Assembly: GCA_004764695.1 (NCBI GenBank)
Contig: SMSO01000006.1
Span: forward strand, 1,255,859-1,319,858
Reading direction: 5' to 3'
Length of the DNA stretch: 64,000 bases
DNA from: Schizochytrium sp. TIO01
Lineage: Eukaryota; Protista; Bigyra: Labyrinthulomycetes
Position numbers and translations under genes: made by a program. Numbering within the stretch: position 1 is the first letter of the stretch; each line of letters starts with the position of its first letter. Positions 24,194-34,417 of this stretch are shown piece after piece. The notes beneath the pieces were generated by a model. It was given only the letters and a program-made list of their open reading frames with translations. It did no database searches and had not been told where the DNA came from.

Positions 24194-24371
24194 ATCTTAC
24201 TTACTATCTTACTTACTTACTTTCTTACTATCTTACTTACTATCTTACTTACTTACTTACTTACTATCTTACTTACTATCTTACTTACTATCTTACTTAC
24301 TATCTTACTTACTATCTTACTTACTATCTTACTTACTATCTTACTTACTATCTTACTTACTATCTTACTTA
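24070..24371. repeat. (ACTT)n microsatellite grading into a 12-bp higher-order repeat (ACTTACTATCTT)n
   Basis: Direct reading. Confidence 0.97.
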
Positions 24372-24599
24372 TTAGTAGACCGTAAGTAGGACTACCCTAC
24401 TGAGTAGGATAGTCGCTTTCCATAGAGAGAAAGGAAAGTTTGTGATCGGGATACGAAAAGACTGTTCAGACCTCATTTCGAGCGGTTAGAAGGGCTTTCG
24501 AGAATGACCGCCGCAGAGCAGAAGTGCAGCGCCGCTGCGATTGACGACGATAGATGTGGCGTGGAAGCGCTACTTAGATTGGCGTCATGCTGGGAGCTG

Positions 24600-25320
24600 G
24601 GAATTGGCGTGGTTTTGGCTGACAGGCGCCGAAGTATCGAAGTGGAAAATGAAGTGTAAAGCCATATGGAGCGCTCTCAATTCTTGGCCAACGGAGGATG
24701 ACAGGGATATGATTGGATGGGCCAGTGGAAGTCAATTGGAAGTGGTCGCAAACGCGCCAAGGTTTCGAAGATCCTCGCGAGAACTAGATGATGATGGTGA
24801 GAACATATATCTCAGGGAGCCTGCCGGAGAATGCTTCCGTGGGGGGTCAGTTTGAGATAAGGGACTTGAAGTTCTTCAGTCGCAGTGTCCGAGATTAATT
24901 GAGGTATTGCCTGCAGAACGTTTGTGTTTCTAGCATATCACACGTCGACCTGGATGAAAGTAATGTAGGGAGAAACTGGCCACTACTTCGTCAGGTTTGA
25001 GCAAGCAGTAGAGAAGCTCTTTCCGGATGGAACAAAGAATTCTTGATTGCAGGCAGACTAAGTAGAAGCAGAAACCTGGAGCCTCGCTTGTCTGTCGATA
25101 GTTACCACAGCGTGTGACAAGAAGAGAAGATGACGCCTGTGCTCTTGAGGCATTTTCAGAAGATAGAGTAGAAACGATGGAGTTCGGAAAATATGCACAG
25201 ATTTATGTTGTGTTATTCAGCTCCATGAGGAGGGGGAGGGGGGGGGAATAGCTCCCCCCGCCTATTCAAGGCTGAGATGATGAGGCCGAGGGGCCCGAAC
25301 TTGGTCCACAACGACATGGT
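24600..25320 (-). mobile_element. Decayed APE (EEP-fold) endonuclease remnant, probably from a non-LTR retrotransposon ORF2
   Basis: Minus-strand translation across frameshifts gives, in the expected order: ICAYFPN (~25190; YxPN), CGNY 25 aa later (~25105; GDFN-like), PTEAFSGRLPEIYV (~24820; SRLDRIYV-like) and PSNHIPVIL (~24710; SDHxPV-like). All catalytic Asp residues are altered. Confidence 0.45.
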
Positions 25321-26057
25321 AGGCTTCCCGATCAAATCGGGTTTAGGGTTTAGTTATGTATAGTTTTCTTTTTGGCGGATCGGGAAATGAAGAGAGATCA
25401 TCGACGTTGAGAACAGATGCACTGAAAGACTGTGTCTAAATTGTAGGTTCAATGCAGCATACCTGTAAATGTAACCCGAAATGCCAGGCACGGTGGTGAG
25501 AAGTCTGGTGAAAACTTGAGTAGTAACAAAAAACGTGGGTGCATTGCGGTTCCTAGACTTTTGGTTATGATTTTAAATAAACAAAGATAAGAAAAGAGGA
25601 AGAGATCTCAGCCTTTTTTGCTAGGATTCTGAGTTTCGTAACTCTAAGGGATATGTAAGAAGGGTCTTCTATTCATGGCTATGTTAAAGAAATAGTCATG
25701 ACCATGGTCATGGTTTGAAAGAGCAATGCACACTGTGTCTATCGAAGCATGCTTGACACGTGTCGTCGTGAAGCAGGAAGTCTCCACTATAATCCAATTG
25801 GCTAAAACTTAATTCAAATCTCGTAATTTGCACGGTAACATTTCATGAACTTTTTCTGTAATACGACCAAAAACAAGGAATTCCAAAGAATTGATCACCG
25901 CGTGGCTGTGGATGGAGTTTTTCTCATGAACAGCATAAATAGAACACTCCATTTTTAAGACAGAAAAAAATAACAACAACTAAAACTCAAGGATGCAAAT
26001 TGCTTTGCCAAGAAAACGTATTTCATCATGTGTTACATAAATCCATCCATACTTAGT

Positions 26058-26897
26058 CTATCGCGAAGAAAAGTGAATGTAGTTCACACTTGTATCATGC
26101 GAAGTTGACCAGGAGTTAAAGAGCGGGTTGTAATGCATGCCCACAACTGAGTCTGTATGAAGGCCATGTTGGTGAATGACTTCTTCAATTTCATAAGGCT
26201 GCACAAACTTTGTCCAGTCATGAGTTCCCGTTGGTACCATTCGTGCTACGTATTCAGCAGCAACGATGGCAAGCAAGAAACTTCGCACCGAACGGTCAAG
26301 AGTAGAGATGGCGAGGACATTGTTAGTCATCTCCGCACAACTTTCCAGGAAAAGCTTCGGGTCGCTGACGTGCTCAATCACTTCAAGAGAAAGAACCATG
26401 TCAAAGCTGCGAGAACCCTCCATCTTGAAGAGGCCTTCTGCAGTGGTGCAGCGCCCCTCAAAGGTGCCCTTGTACTCGCCACCCTCCTTGATCTTGTTTG
26501 CAGTGTACTCAACGTTACTGCTGGCCACGTCCACTGCAACCACATCAGCGCCAAGCTCCATGAGAGATTGTGAGAGTAAGCCACCACCGCAGCCAATGTC
26601 AGCCACCCGCATGCCCTCCAAGTTATCCCAGCCATGCCTTTCAGAGAGATATTTTCGCAGAGCTCCCATCCGAGTTTCGTGCATCAATTTGAGCTGGTGA
26701 CCTTCATCGCCACTCCATTCGAGACCTGCAAATTTCGCTGCCTCAAAGGCATCCACCGTCGAGCGAACCTTGCCCTTGTCTTGGGAAGAAAATCCTCTAC
26801 TCCATGCAGCAGCGGCAGCCAAATTTTTCTGCGCAAGGCCATTTCTCCGGGCCCATGAGCTCGCAACTCGAGCGGATGTGCTGCTTACGCGTCGCAT
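26058..26897 (-). CDS. COQ3: Ubiquinone biosynthesis O-methyltransferase (COQ3/UbiG), mitochondrial presequence
   Basis: SAM motif VADIGCGGGLLS, FDMVLSLEVIEHV, IVAAEYVARMVPTGTHDWTKFVQP, YNPL...VNY. Likely ATG at 26897 (MRRVSSTSARV, Arg/Ser-rich). Confidence 0.93.
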   Translation of the reverse strand: MRRVSSTSARVASSWARRNGLAQKNLAAAAAWSRGFSSQDKGKVRSTVDAFEAAKFAGLEWSGDEGHQLKLMHETRMGALRKYLSERHGWDNLEGMRVADIGCGGGLLSQSLMELGADVVAVDVASSNVEYTANKIKEGGEYKGTFEGRCTTAEGLFKMEGSRSFDMVLSLEVIEHVSDPKLFLESCAEMTNNVLAISTLDRSVRSFLLAIVAAEYVARMVPTGTHDWTKFVQPYEIEEVIHQHGLHTDSVVGMHYNPLFNSWSTSHDTSVNYIHFSSR

Positions 26898-29220
26898 CTT
26901 GGTCCTTCTGTAGTACAGTGATTTCTTGGTGAAGTTGTCTATCGAGATCAATGACCCCTTGCTGCAGATTCAGAATCTGTGCGAATAAGCTTCAGAAAGA
27001 GACAAATCGCAGCCGCTGCAGCAGCTGCTCAAGTGACAATTTTGATGAAGCTACTAATTTCTGTGGAATCAGTAGGCCGTCGGGCGCTGCTTTCCTGAAA
27101 AAGCCTCGCAGAGGCGTATGGCCAAGCTATCGGTGCTTTGCCGTATCTACGAAGGTGCTCACAGCTGCGTGAACTTCGGATTGTAGCTTTGCCTGTGCGT
27201 CCGAGTGAGGTCTAGTCGCTCTTCTCTTCGATCTTGTTTTGTGCTTTCTTTATTTACTGAATGCATAGCTACATACTTCATTAGTTAAACTAGCTAGGTA
27301 AAATTTAGTTTAGCATTCATTCATTTGGCATCCTGTGTGAACAAGCACTGATAAACCATCAACTGGATATTAGACGGCTTACCAGCCTGACATTTTGCAG
27401 CTGCAGAGTGAACTATGCAGAGCAAAGGTCATTTCGCAACAACCAACAAATTGTCGCGAAATGGCCCTTTTCTATTTGAGTCATTGTCTGCAGCTTAGTG
27501 GTCCTTACTGATATCCTAGTAATTAACCTATACAGTTTGCAAAAGTTGCATTTCTTAAGGTGGCCTATGACATGGGCGCTAAGGCCCAATTTGGGCTTTA
27601 AAATAACTCGGGCTCAAGCACATTATAAAGTTATGTCCTTGTACAGATGATACAGAAAGGTGCCTCTGTCCGCGAAGATATCACGGCCGGCTACCTGGTT
27701 GCATTGGGGTTATCTGAAGACTTTTTCTTTACCGTGTTCGATGTGAATGAGTCCGCATTCGTGGCAGGTTTCTGAAGTGAAAGCCTCTCGACAAAGAACA
27801 AATTTACATCAGGAGAAGCGTTGTCTTTATTGCTCGACTAGTACCAGAAATGCTTTCTTGGATCCGAATCAAAGTTGGCCTTTTGTACAGTTGTAATTCA
27901 GAACAGTAAGCACTATACAGGTCTGAGTCAGCCATGGCATAAAGTGAAGAATGAATGACGAGATTGGAGTGGAATGGAATTTACAGGGCATGCCACACGC
28001 AATATCGGTGAAAAGTGTTGTCTTTAAAGTGAAGTGAGACAAACTTTTTACGGCAATGTTCCGACTTGCATGGAGAAAGAATAAGGTGATTTTCAGTTGT
28101 GGCCATGAAATCCAAATCGCGACGAAGCTTCTCATATTTTAATACTTGTGGCAATTTATTTCAGTGCATTCAGAGGACGAGAAGATTATTTTGAAACATC
28201 TACAGACTTGCTCTTATTCTTCAACGAGATATCCATTGAGGAACTGACTTGCTCATTTGAAATTAAAACAAGTAAATGCAGCAACCTGCTCGTAACTTTT
28301 AAATCAAGCTAAGTTGTTATTTGAATCAACGGGCTGAGCTTGTTCATCTGAATAAATGAACCATAAGATACCAAAGCTGGTACTCTGGCGTATGAATTTG
28401 ATGCTCTTCTTTGAATGCGCCTCAGGATATCTGTGCAAGGCCTTTCTTTGACAAGCTCGAGCTCTCAAATTGAAAGAAAGCAGCGAGATTCTTTCTCAGG
28501 AGAAATTTAAAAGCTTCACGTCATCTTTTTAATAATAATAACAATAACGAATTGTAAATCAACAGATTTCGGGTCTCATAAATTTAATGATTTGTTTGAC
28601 ACAAATCATATTACTATGTAATATCGATAGATTCCTTGTAACGAGTTTATGTCTTTGACCCGAACTAGATGATGGTTTTGTTTCTTTCTTTTTCAGCTGA
28701 TACTCCCGAAACAAATCGAGCCAACATGCTTCAACTGTTTGGGCTATCCAACATACCCAATCTGGCTGAACTTTTATCCCTTCGTTTCTATCCAATATTT
28801 GCTATCTATTATGAGTGAATGAATATTTTCGTAAAATCAAAAGAGACTTCCAACTGCACGTATTTTGTGATCGGTCGAAGTTTACTTTTCTTCCCAATGG
28901 GTTTCTAAGTTCTCCAAATAACAGAGGACTTGGCCCCTTCCCAGGTATGATTTTGAGCTCTATTCCAAGATGCTGTAATTGTTCTTTACAAAGAAGACAT
29001 GGGATTCCTTTTTTATCTTTTTGGCGGCAATGATCATATTTGAGAGACTGCACACTGTGAAAGGCCTAAGCGATTCTAGTGCCCATATTAGATAGGTCTT
29101 TTACCCATATAAAGAATAGGCGCACGCATGTTGGCACGTGGTGCACGTGCTGAAGAGCGCAGTTCCGAATCGACGCTTCAGGTCGGCATCAAAGCCTACC
29201 GGCAGCTTTTGCTCACCACC

Positions 29221-31098
29221 ATGGCGGACGAAGGCGCCGTGGGCGCCACCTCGTCACGAGACTCTCTTCTGCGTCGCTCCATGCGGGCTTTTATGGGTCC
29301 CGTTGCTGCTCTCTCGCGTGCTCACAATGCAGAGGCCCACGATGGCCTCGACGACGTTCAAAACGAAGACGCCAACCAAGGTCTTACTTCAAGTGAAAGT
29401 GCTAGCACTGACCATGGGGAATTGGAGAACGATACTGGTGTAGAGAATCATCTGCAAGCTGTCTTTAAAGACGCAACGAAAGACTCCATGAGCGCTGAAA
29501 ACGCGGCACCATCGAGCTCACCTCACACACGTAGCAGTGGCAAAACCGGACCTTTAGTGGCTCCGAGGAGATCACTTGTGCCTAAAACTCTCTCACGAAG
29601 GGTGTCGGGAGTTAGAATTGTTGGGCGGACGTTTCGTAAACGGGTTGCTGTCGTCGAGCACCCCAACTCACCTTGGATTGCTGAGGTTTGGGGTATATCT
29701 GAGGATGATGATGTTGAGGATCCGATGCCCTCAGAGCGGGTTCGCCTTCAGCGTATCGAGGTTTACCTCGAAGAAGCAAAGTCAGAGGATCCCGAGGCTC
29801 GAATAGTTGGTTTGAGATGCATCAGGCACCTTTTTATGGCATCAGGGAGAGTTCCAATATGGTTGTTGCTGGAGTCAGATTTGCATAGCTCACTAATTGA
29901 AAACCTCAAATCTGGCGCTGATGAAAAACTACTTTTTGAGACCATGTGGGTTGTCGCACAGCTGGCTAAGACTCGCTCTCGAGCAAATATGATGGCACTT
30001 CTGAACAAAGATGCAATTGGAGAAACTGCGCGTATTCTTGATATGTTTGTGAGTCCACGAGTATCCGAGCAAAGCTTACGAGCTCTCAGTCGACTAGCGC
30101 GGACTAGTCTGGACGTCCGTGACCAGATCCTCGCCAATGAGAAAGTTATTCCTGTTTTGACCAGAATTTCTGTCGCGACAGGTCCTACATCAATGTACTG
30201 TGCTCTAGCTTCCGCCATTTGCAGTCTTGTCCAAGGTTCACCTGCGCCTAGCACAGATGCAGTTGTAGACCCACTTATGCCAACTCTTGCTCGTCTCTTT
30301 GAGATACAAGATATCCATGCTATCAATAGCGTTCTGTTCTCCCTGGCTTATCTTTCTGAGAGCAACCCTTCAAGTCTTACTACGATGGTAGAGCTGGGTA
30401 TGACTCCAAAAGTGGCCGCAGCTTTAGATGGCACATTGGCACAAACCTTGAAAGACTTTGAGATGTCTGGATCGCCCGATCATGATGAAAACGAGGACCG
30501 TGAGGATACTGAACTTATGCTCTTAACTCCAGCGTTACGTACTGTTGTCGGTGTTGCATCTACTGGAGAGGACTTCATTCAAGCCATTTTAGATACTGAT
30601 GCGGCTGGCAGCATTGTGCAACTCATTGAACATCCTCGCCGAGACATTCGGGTTCTTGCTTCTAAAGCATTGGCAAACATGTCACTCGGCTCACAGGCTC
30701 AAATTCAAATATTGCTTGATTACGACCTTGCTAAATTGCTGCAAAACCATTTCGAACGGGAAGTGCACGTTACAGTAAAGAAAGGTATCGCTACGTTTCT
30801 TGCAAATGTTTGCACGCGAGGTTCTTCCGAACAAATATCTGAGGTGACTTCCCATGGAGCAGTTCGTATCATGTGGCATGTTGCTAGCCTCATTAATGTA
30901 GGGCGAACTACAGACTTGGTAGTTTCTGCCACTGAGGCAGTACTTGCAAAGATTGACCCTGCAAACATTCGCCAGGTCTTGATTGATATTGAAGAATCGG
31001 GTACATTCGAAGTCCTTGATCGTCAAGATATCAGCGAAGATTATTTTGAGCGCCTGACCGAGGCGATGTTTATGGCAGAGTCTAGAATTGTGGACTAA
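29221..31098 (+). CDS. Importin-alpha-like armadillo-repeat protein (divergent)
   Basis: ARM repeats align to importin alpha (FETMWVVAQLA, EQSLRALSRLA, FSLAYLSE, TPALRTV, ALANMSLGSQAQIQILLD, FLANVCTRGSSEQI). ORF is open from 29128; ATG 29221 has CACCACC context. Confidence 0.8.
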   Translation: MADEGAVGATSSRDSLLRRSMRAFMGPVAALSRAHNAEAHDGLDDVQNEDANQGLTSSESASTDHGELENDTGVENHLQAVFKDATKDSMSAENAAPSSSPHTRSSGKTGPLVAPRRSLVPKTLSRRVSGVRIVGRTFRKRVAVVEHPNSPWIAEVWGISEDDDVEDPMPSERVRLQRIEVYLEEAKSEDPEARIVGLRCIRHLFMASGRVPIWLLLESDLHSSLIENLKSGADEKLLFETMWVVAQLAKTRSRANMMALLNKDAIGETARILDMFVSPRVSEQSLRALSRLARTSLDVRDQILANEKVIPVLTRISVATGPTSMYCALASAICSLVQGSPAPSTDAVVDPLMPTLARLFEIQDIHAINSVLFSLAYLSESNPSSLTTMVELGMTPKVAAALDGTLAQTLKDFEMSGSPDHDENEDREDTELMLLTPALRTVVGVASTGEDFIQAILDTDAAGSIVQLIEHPRRDIRVLASKALANMSLGSQAQIQILLDYDLAKLLQNHFEREVHVTVKKGIATFLANVCTRGSSEQISEVTSHGAVRIMWHVASLINVGRTTDLVVSATEAVLAKIDPANIRQVLIDIEESGTFEVLDRQDISEDYFERLTEAMFMAESRIVD

Positions 31099-31149
31099 AT
31101 GCCTCTAAATGTCTGTGTCTACCTTCACCTCTTTGTTTGAATAGCTAAT

Positions 31150-31580
31150 TATGTGGAAGAACATTGAGCGCACTCTTATCTCTGTCGCTGGCATTTGTTG
31201 AATACGATAAATTCCAAGACTCCAAGTGGATGGCTGCATTGATAAACATCAATCCTGTTTATTCTCTACGCGTGTAGCTATATCATTTTATCCGTGTAGG
31301 AGGGGTACATTACCCACTGATAAACCGAATATCTCGTGAATTTGAAATAGTTCCTTTGAAGCTTTAATCGGATTCTTTGAAGAGGGAGGTGAGAGCGCAT
31401 GCTTTGCGCCTGCATGTGACGACGAAATTCTTCCCTTTCGGTCAGAATCCTTATGGCGGTGAGATGCGCAACACTGCGCAGTGTTTCCGTGCATGCTCGT
31501 ACTACAATCGCCACTTTCCAGAAATGTGTGCGTACCTGGGCGGTGAGTTCCCGCCGCGTCCCGCCGCTTTAAAGGATTGA
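31150..31580 (+). pseudogene. Possible decayed coding relic, unknown family
   Basis: Protein-like fragments broken by stops and frameshifts (EYDKFQDSKWMAALININP...REVRAHALRLHVTTKFFPFGQNPYGGEMRNTAQCFRACSYYNRHFPEMCAYLGGEFPPRP). Confidence 0.25.
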
Positions 31581-31656
31581 TTCCAACTAAAACTTAAATG
31601 TTAAATGTTAAATGTCAAATGTTAAACTTTGCTTGTCTTTTTGGGACTTCTTATTA

Positions 31657-33545
31657 TTATTCAACAAACGCAAAGAGTTTGTCAAAAGCAGCATTATCAT
31701 CTGCAATCATCTTGTCACCTGCTCCAACCGTTGCCATGCCGAAGTCAATCACCCTCACCGCTTCAATGTGGTCAACGACAAAGTTGTTCAACCGAATGTC
31801 ATTGTGCGCAACGCCATACTCGTGCACAGCTGACAGTGCTGCACGCGCCTTGTGCTTGATCTCACTAGTGATCGACGCTTTCGGTAACTGAGAAAGTGCA
31901 TCACCGTGGTACGAGACTGCAATCAGTAAATCGTTGAACATGTGCCTTCCACCGAACAAGTAGAACGGGATGTAAATGCCCATCAGCGGTCGCAGTTCCT
32001 CATACACAGCCATTTCATTCTCGAAGCTTGCAATCGCATCCATCTGATACTGTCTAGAGTCGTTCTTGGGAGTCATAACTTTGGCAACATAATTAACACC
32101 GAATGCCACTGTATGCGCCGAGATTGAGTACTGACCCATCGGGTACTGCTTAACGACACCTTCAAGTCCGCCTCGATACGGAAACTGTGCAACAGTGTAC
32201 GGCAGTGGGTCTTGGAGAGCTTTCAGCTTCTTGATCATTGATTCATCGCCGTCGCTCGAGGAAGTGGTAGTATTCATATTCTGAGTAGCACCCTTGTTAC
32301 CTCTACCCGTGATGCGCTTTGCTGCTTTGACCACTGAGGAAAGAAAACTACTACTACCACCATCACTTTTGCTGCAAAGCATGTCGTACGAGCCTTGCCA
32401 TTGCGTCATATCCTTGATCGCCGTATCACCGACAAACGGAACGGAAGCGAAGATCCTTTCTCGCTCCACATCATTCAAATCAAGTTTTGCATTTTTCAAC
32501 GCGTTCACAATAAAAGCAGCGTATGTAAGCTTGACAGATTTTTCTTCTGTATGCCAGTGCCATAAAATACCTGCGAAACAAGTAATATGTTGTCTGGGTC
32601 CAGTCTCAGAAACCACGTGCGATCCGTCGTACTCAAGACACCGCAGCGGACGCACATACGGAGCATGTACACATAAACCTGTACAATGGGCCACCTGAAG
32701 TCTCTAATTCGGGCGTCCGAGTACTTCTTGACTTTCTCGAAGTGATACCAGTAGTCCTCTAGATCATCATGCACGTTATGAAGAACTTGTTGTTGGAGAA
32801 CTTCTTGAATTTCAACGTGTTGTTCAGATGCGACTTCTTCAGCTTCTTTGAGAACGTCAGCTCGTTTGACGGAGTTGGGAAATTTAGCACAGGCTTTGTG
32901 TTCGTGCACAATTATAGCGTGTCGCAATTCGGGGCCCGTTGCTGGCATACCACAGTGCACGTCTACGCTGTCGGTGGGGACATTAGGATTAGCTGCTCTA
33001 GCGATCGTCCAATCGGTTCGATAACCAGGATGCACGTCTTCGCCGAAAAATTCCAGACCATAACGAGCGAATTCCTCGTTTGTATGAACAACATCATCTA
33101 AGAATGGACCAGTCAACATCCGGTCCATTATAGATACACAAAATTTTTCATTCGGCGTATTAGCATGTCTTTCTGTATTGAAAGGACGGAACAAAACGTT
33201 AAGGACTTGTCCATTCAGGAGCCCCTCTTGACCATCCATGATTTCTTCGATCCTCATTTCTTCGTTGAAGGTACACCACTTTTTCACCGCAGAGGGTACT
33301 AGGTTAAACTTTGACTGAGCGCTAGCTGCCGGTGGGTTGGCATCTGGGAGGCGTCGAGTCAAACTACTTACAGCCCCAGACTCACCGTAATCATGAGTCG
33401 TACCTTCACGAGCCTGTGCTGAGGCCTCTATAGACTCTATCTCTGTGAGTGCGGTTGGTTTCCAAAGTGTTATCAGCATATTAGTGACAAGTGGAAACTG
33501 ACACAACGCCTTGTGTGCCGGTACGAACTCTACGTTGTACGACAT
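31657..33545 (-). CDS. PD-(D/E)xK (REase-fold) nuclease plus minimal protein kinase fusion, Crinkler/Spok-like architecture; split by one frameshift near 32540
   Basis: ORF 32505-33545 has RTD...IIVHEHK...IVQVYVYM...CGVLSTTDRTWFLRL. ORF 31657-32694 has YVAKV, FENEMAVYEELRPLMGIYIP, VAHNDIRLNNFVV, VIDFGMA. One extra base, for example in the T5 run at 32539-32543, fuses them into 629 aa. Confidence 0.8.
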
Positions 33546-33973
33546 TGCTCCTAACCCGACTCATCTCAACACACTTCGATTCGACTCGACTCAACTCAAC
33601 TCTGCTCGCGATTCCCCAATTGAGGCTTTGCTTGCTCTTCTTTCTGCTTCGTGTTCACGTCACGTTGCGCGACGCTTTTGCCTGTGTGTTGCGCTACGCT
33701 TTTTGTCCGTGTGCATTCCGCTTTTATCTGTATCACCCGTTGCTCAACTCAACACAACCCGACTCAACTCAACTCATTCTGCTCGCGATGGCCCATTTGA
33801 GGGTTTGCTTGCTCTCTACTTCGTGCGCACGTGACGTTGCGCCACGCTTTTGTCTATGTTTTGTGCTACGCTTTTGTTGTCTCCATTCCCCTTAATCTGT
33901 ATCACCCGTTGCTCAACTCAACTCAACACAACCCGACTCAACTCAACTCAACACAACTCAACTCTGCTCGCGA
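33546..33973. repeat. ~180-bp tandem repeat (about 2.3 copies) containing (ACTCA)n arrays, abutting the nuclease-kinase start codon
   Basis: TCTGCTCGCGA recurs at 33601, 33778 and 33963. ATCTGTATCACCCGTTGCTCAACTC and ACGTTGCGC-ACGCTTTTG recur in both full units. Confidence 0.92.
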
Positions 33974-34417
33974 CGGGTATCATTAAACAAGCGCTTGTAG
34001 ATTGTGTTTCCTCTCAGCACGTACTGGTTCTTAAAAACATATCATTCCCCATATAGTGTATGTTGTATTGAATTACTATTCCTTTTAATCTATAGTGATA
34101 TTAATTGTGCTTCATTCCTGTAGCACCTGAAACGAAAACCTCTCACGATGATTGATCATTGCCACGCGAACCATCCTCGCTCGTGGCAGCAGGCTAATGT
34201 TCTAGGTGATTATGAGAATGACGCCGAGAGTCACAGCACCGCTACCGTCACGATTGAAGACAATTTGACATCCATGAGTGTCACCAGCACTGATGAACAA
34301 TAGGAAAGGGAGAGCTTGAATCAAATTATGTGGGCTAGGAAACGCCGACATTTACAATATGTACCACCACATGGTCTACTCTCAATGCATTGTATAGAGA
34401 ATGAAACTAAACAATCA

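Noticed and set aside
23419-24389. ORFs with SEPFRALQSP and LLTY/LLSY repeats
   Set aside because: Translations of the 10-mer and 4/12-mer DNA repeats; no evidence of coding.
25339-25353. TTTAGGG doublet as an interstitial telomere
   Set aside because: Only two units; too short to call on its own.
32520-32575. Programmed -1 ribosomal frameshift in the nuclease-kinase gene
   Set aside because: No canonical X XXY YYZ heptamer (best is G AAA AAT) and no evident downstream structure; an indel is simpler.
33546-33973. CRISPR-like array
   Set aside because: The segments between the conserved motifs are themselves homologous, there are no cas genes, and the context is eukaryotic.
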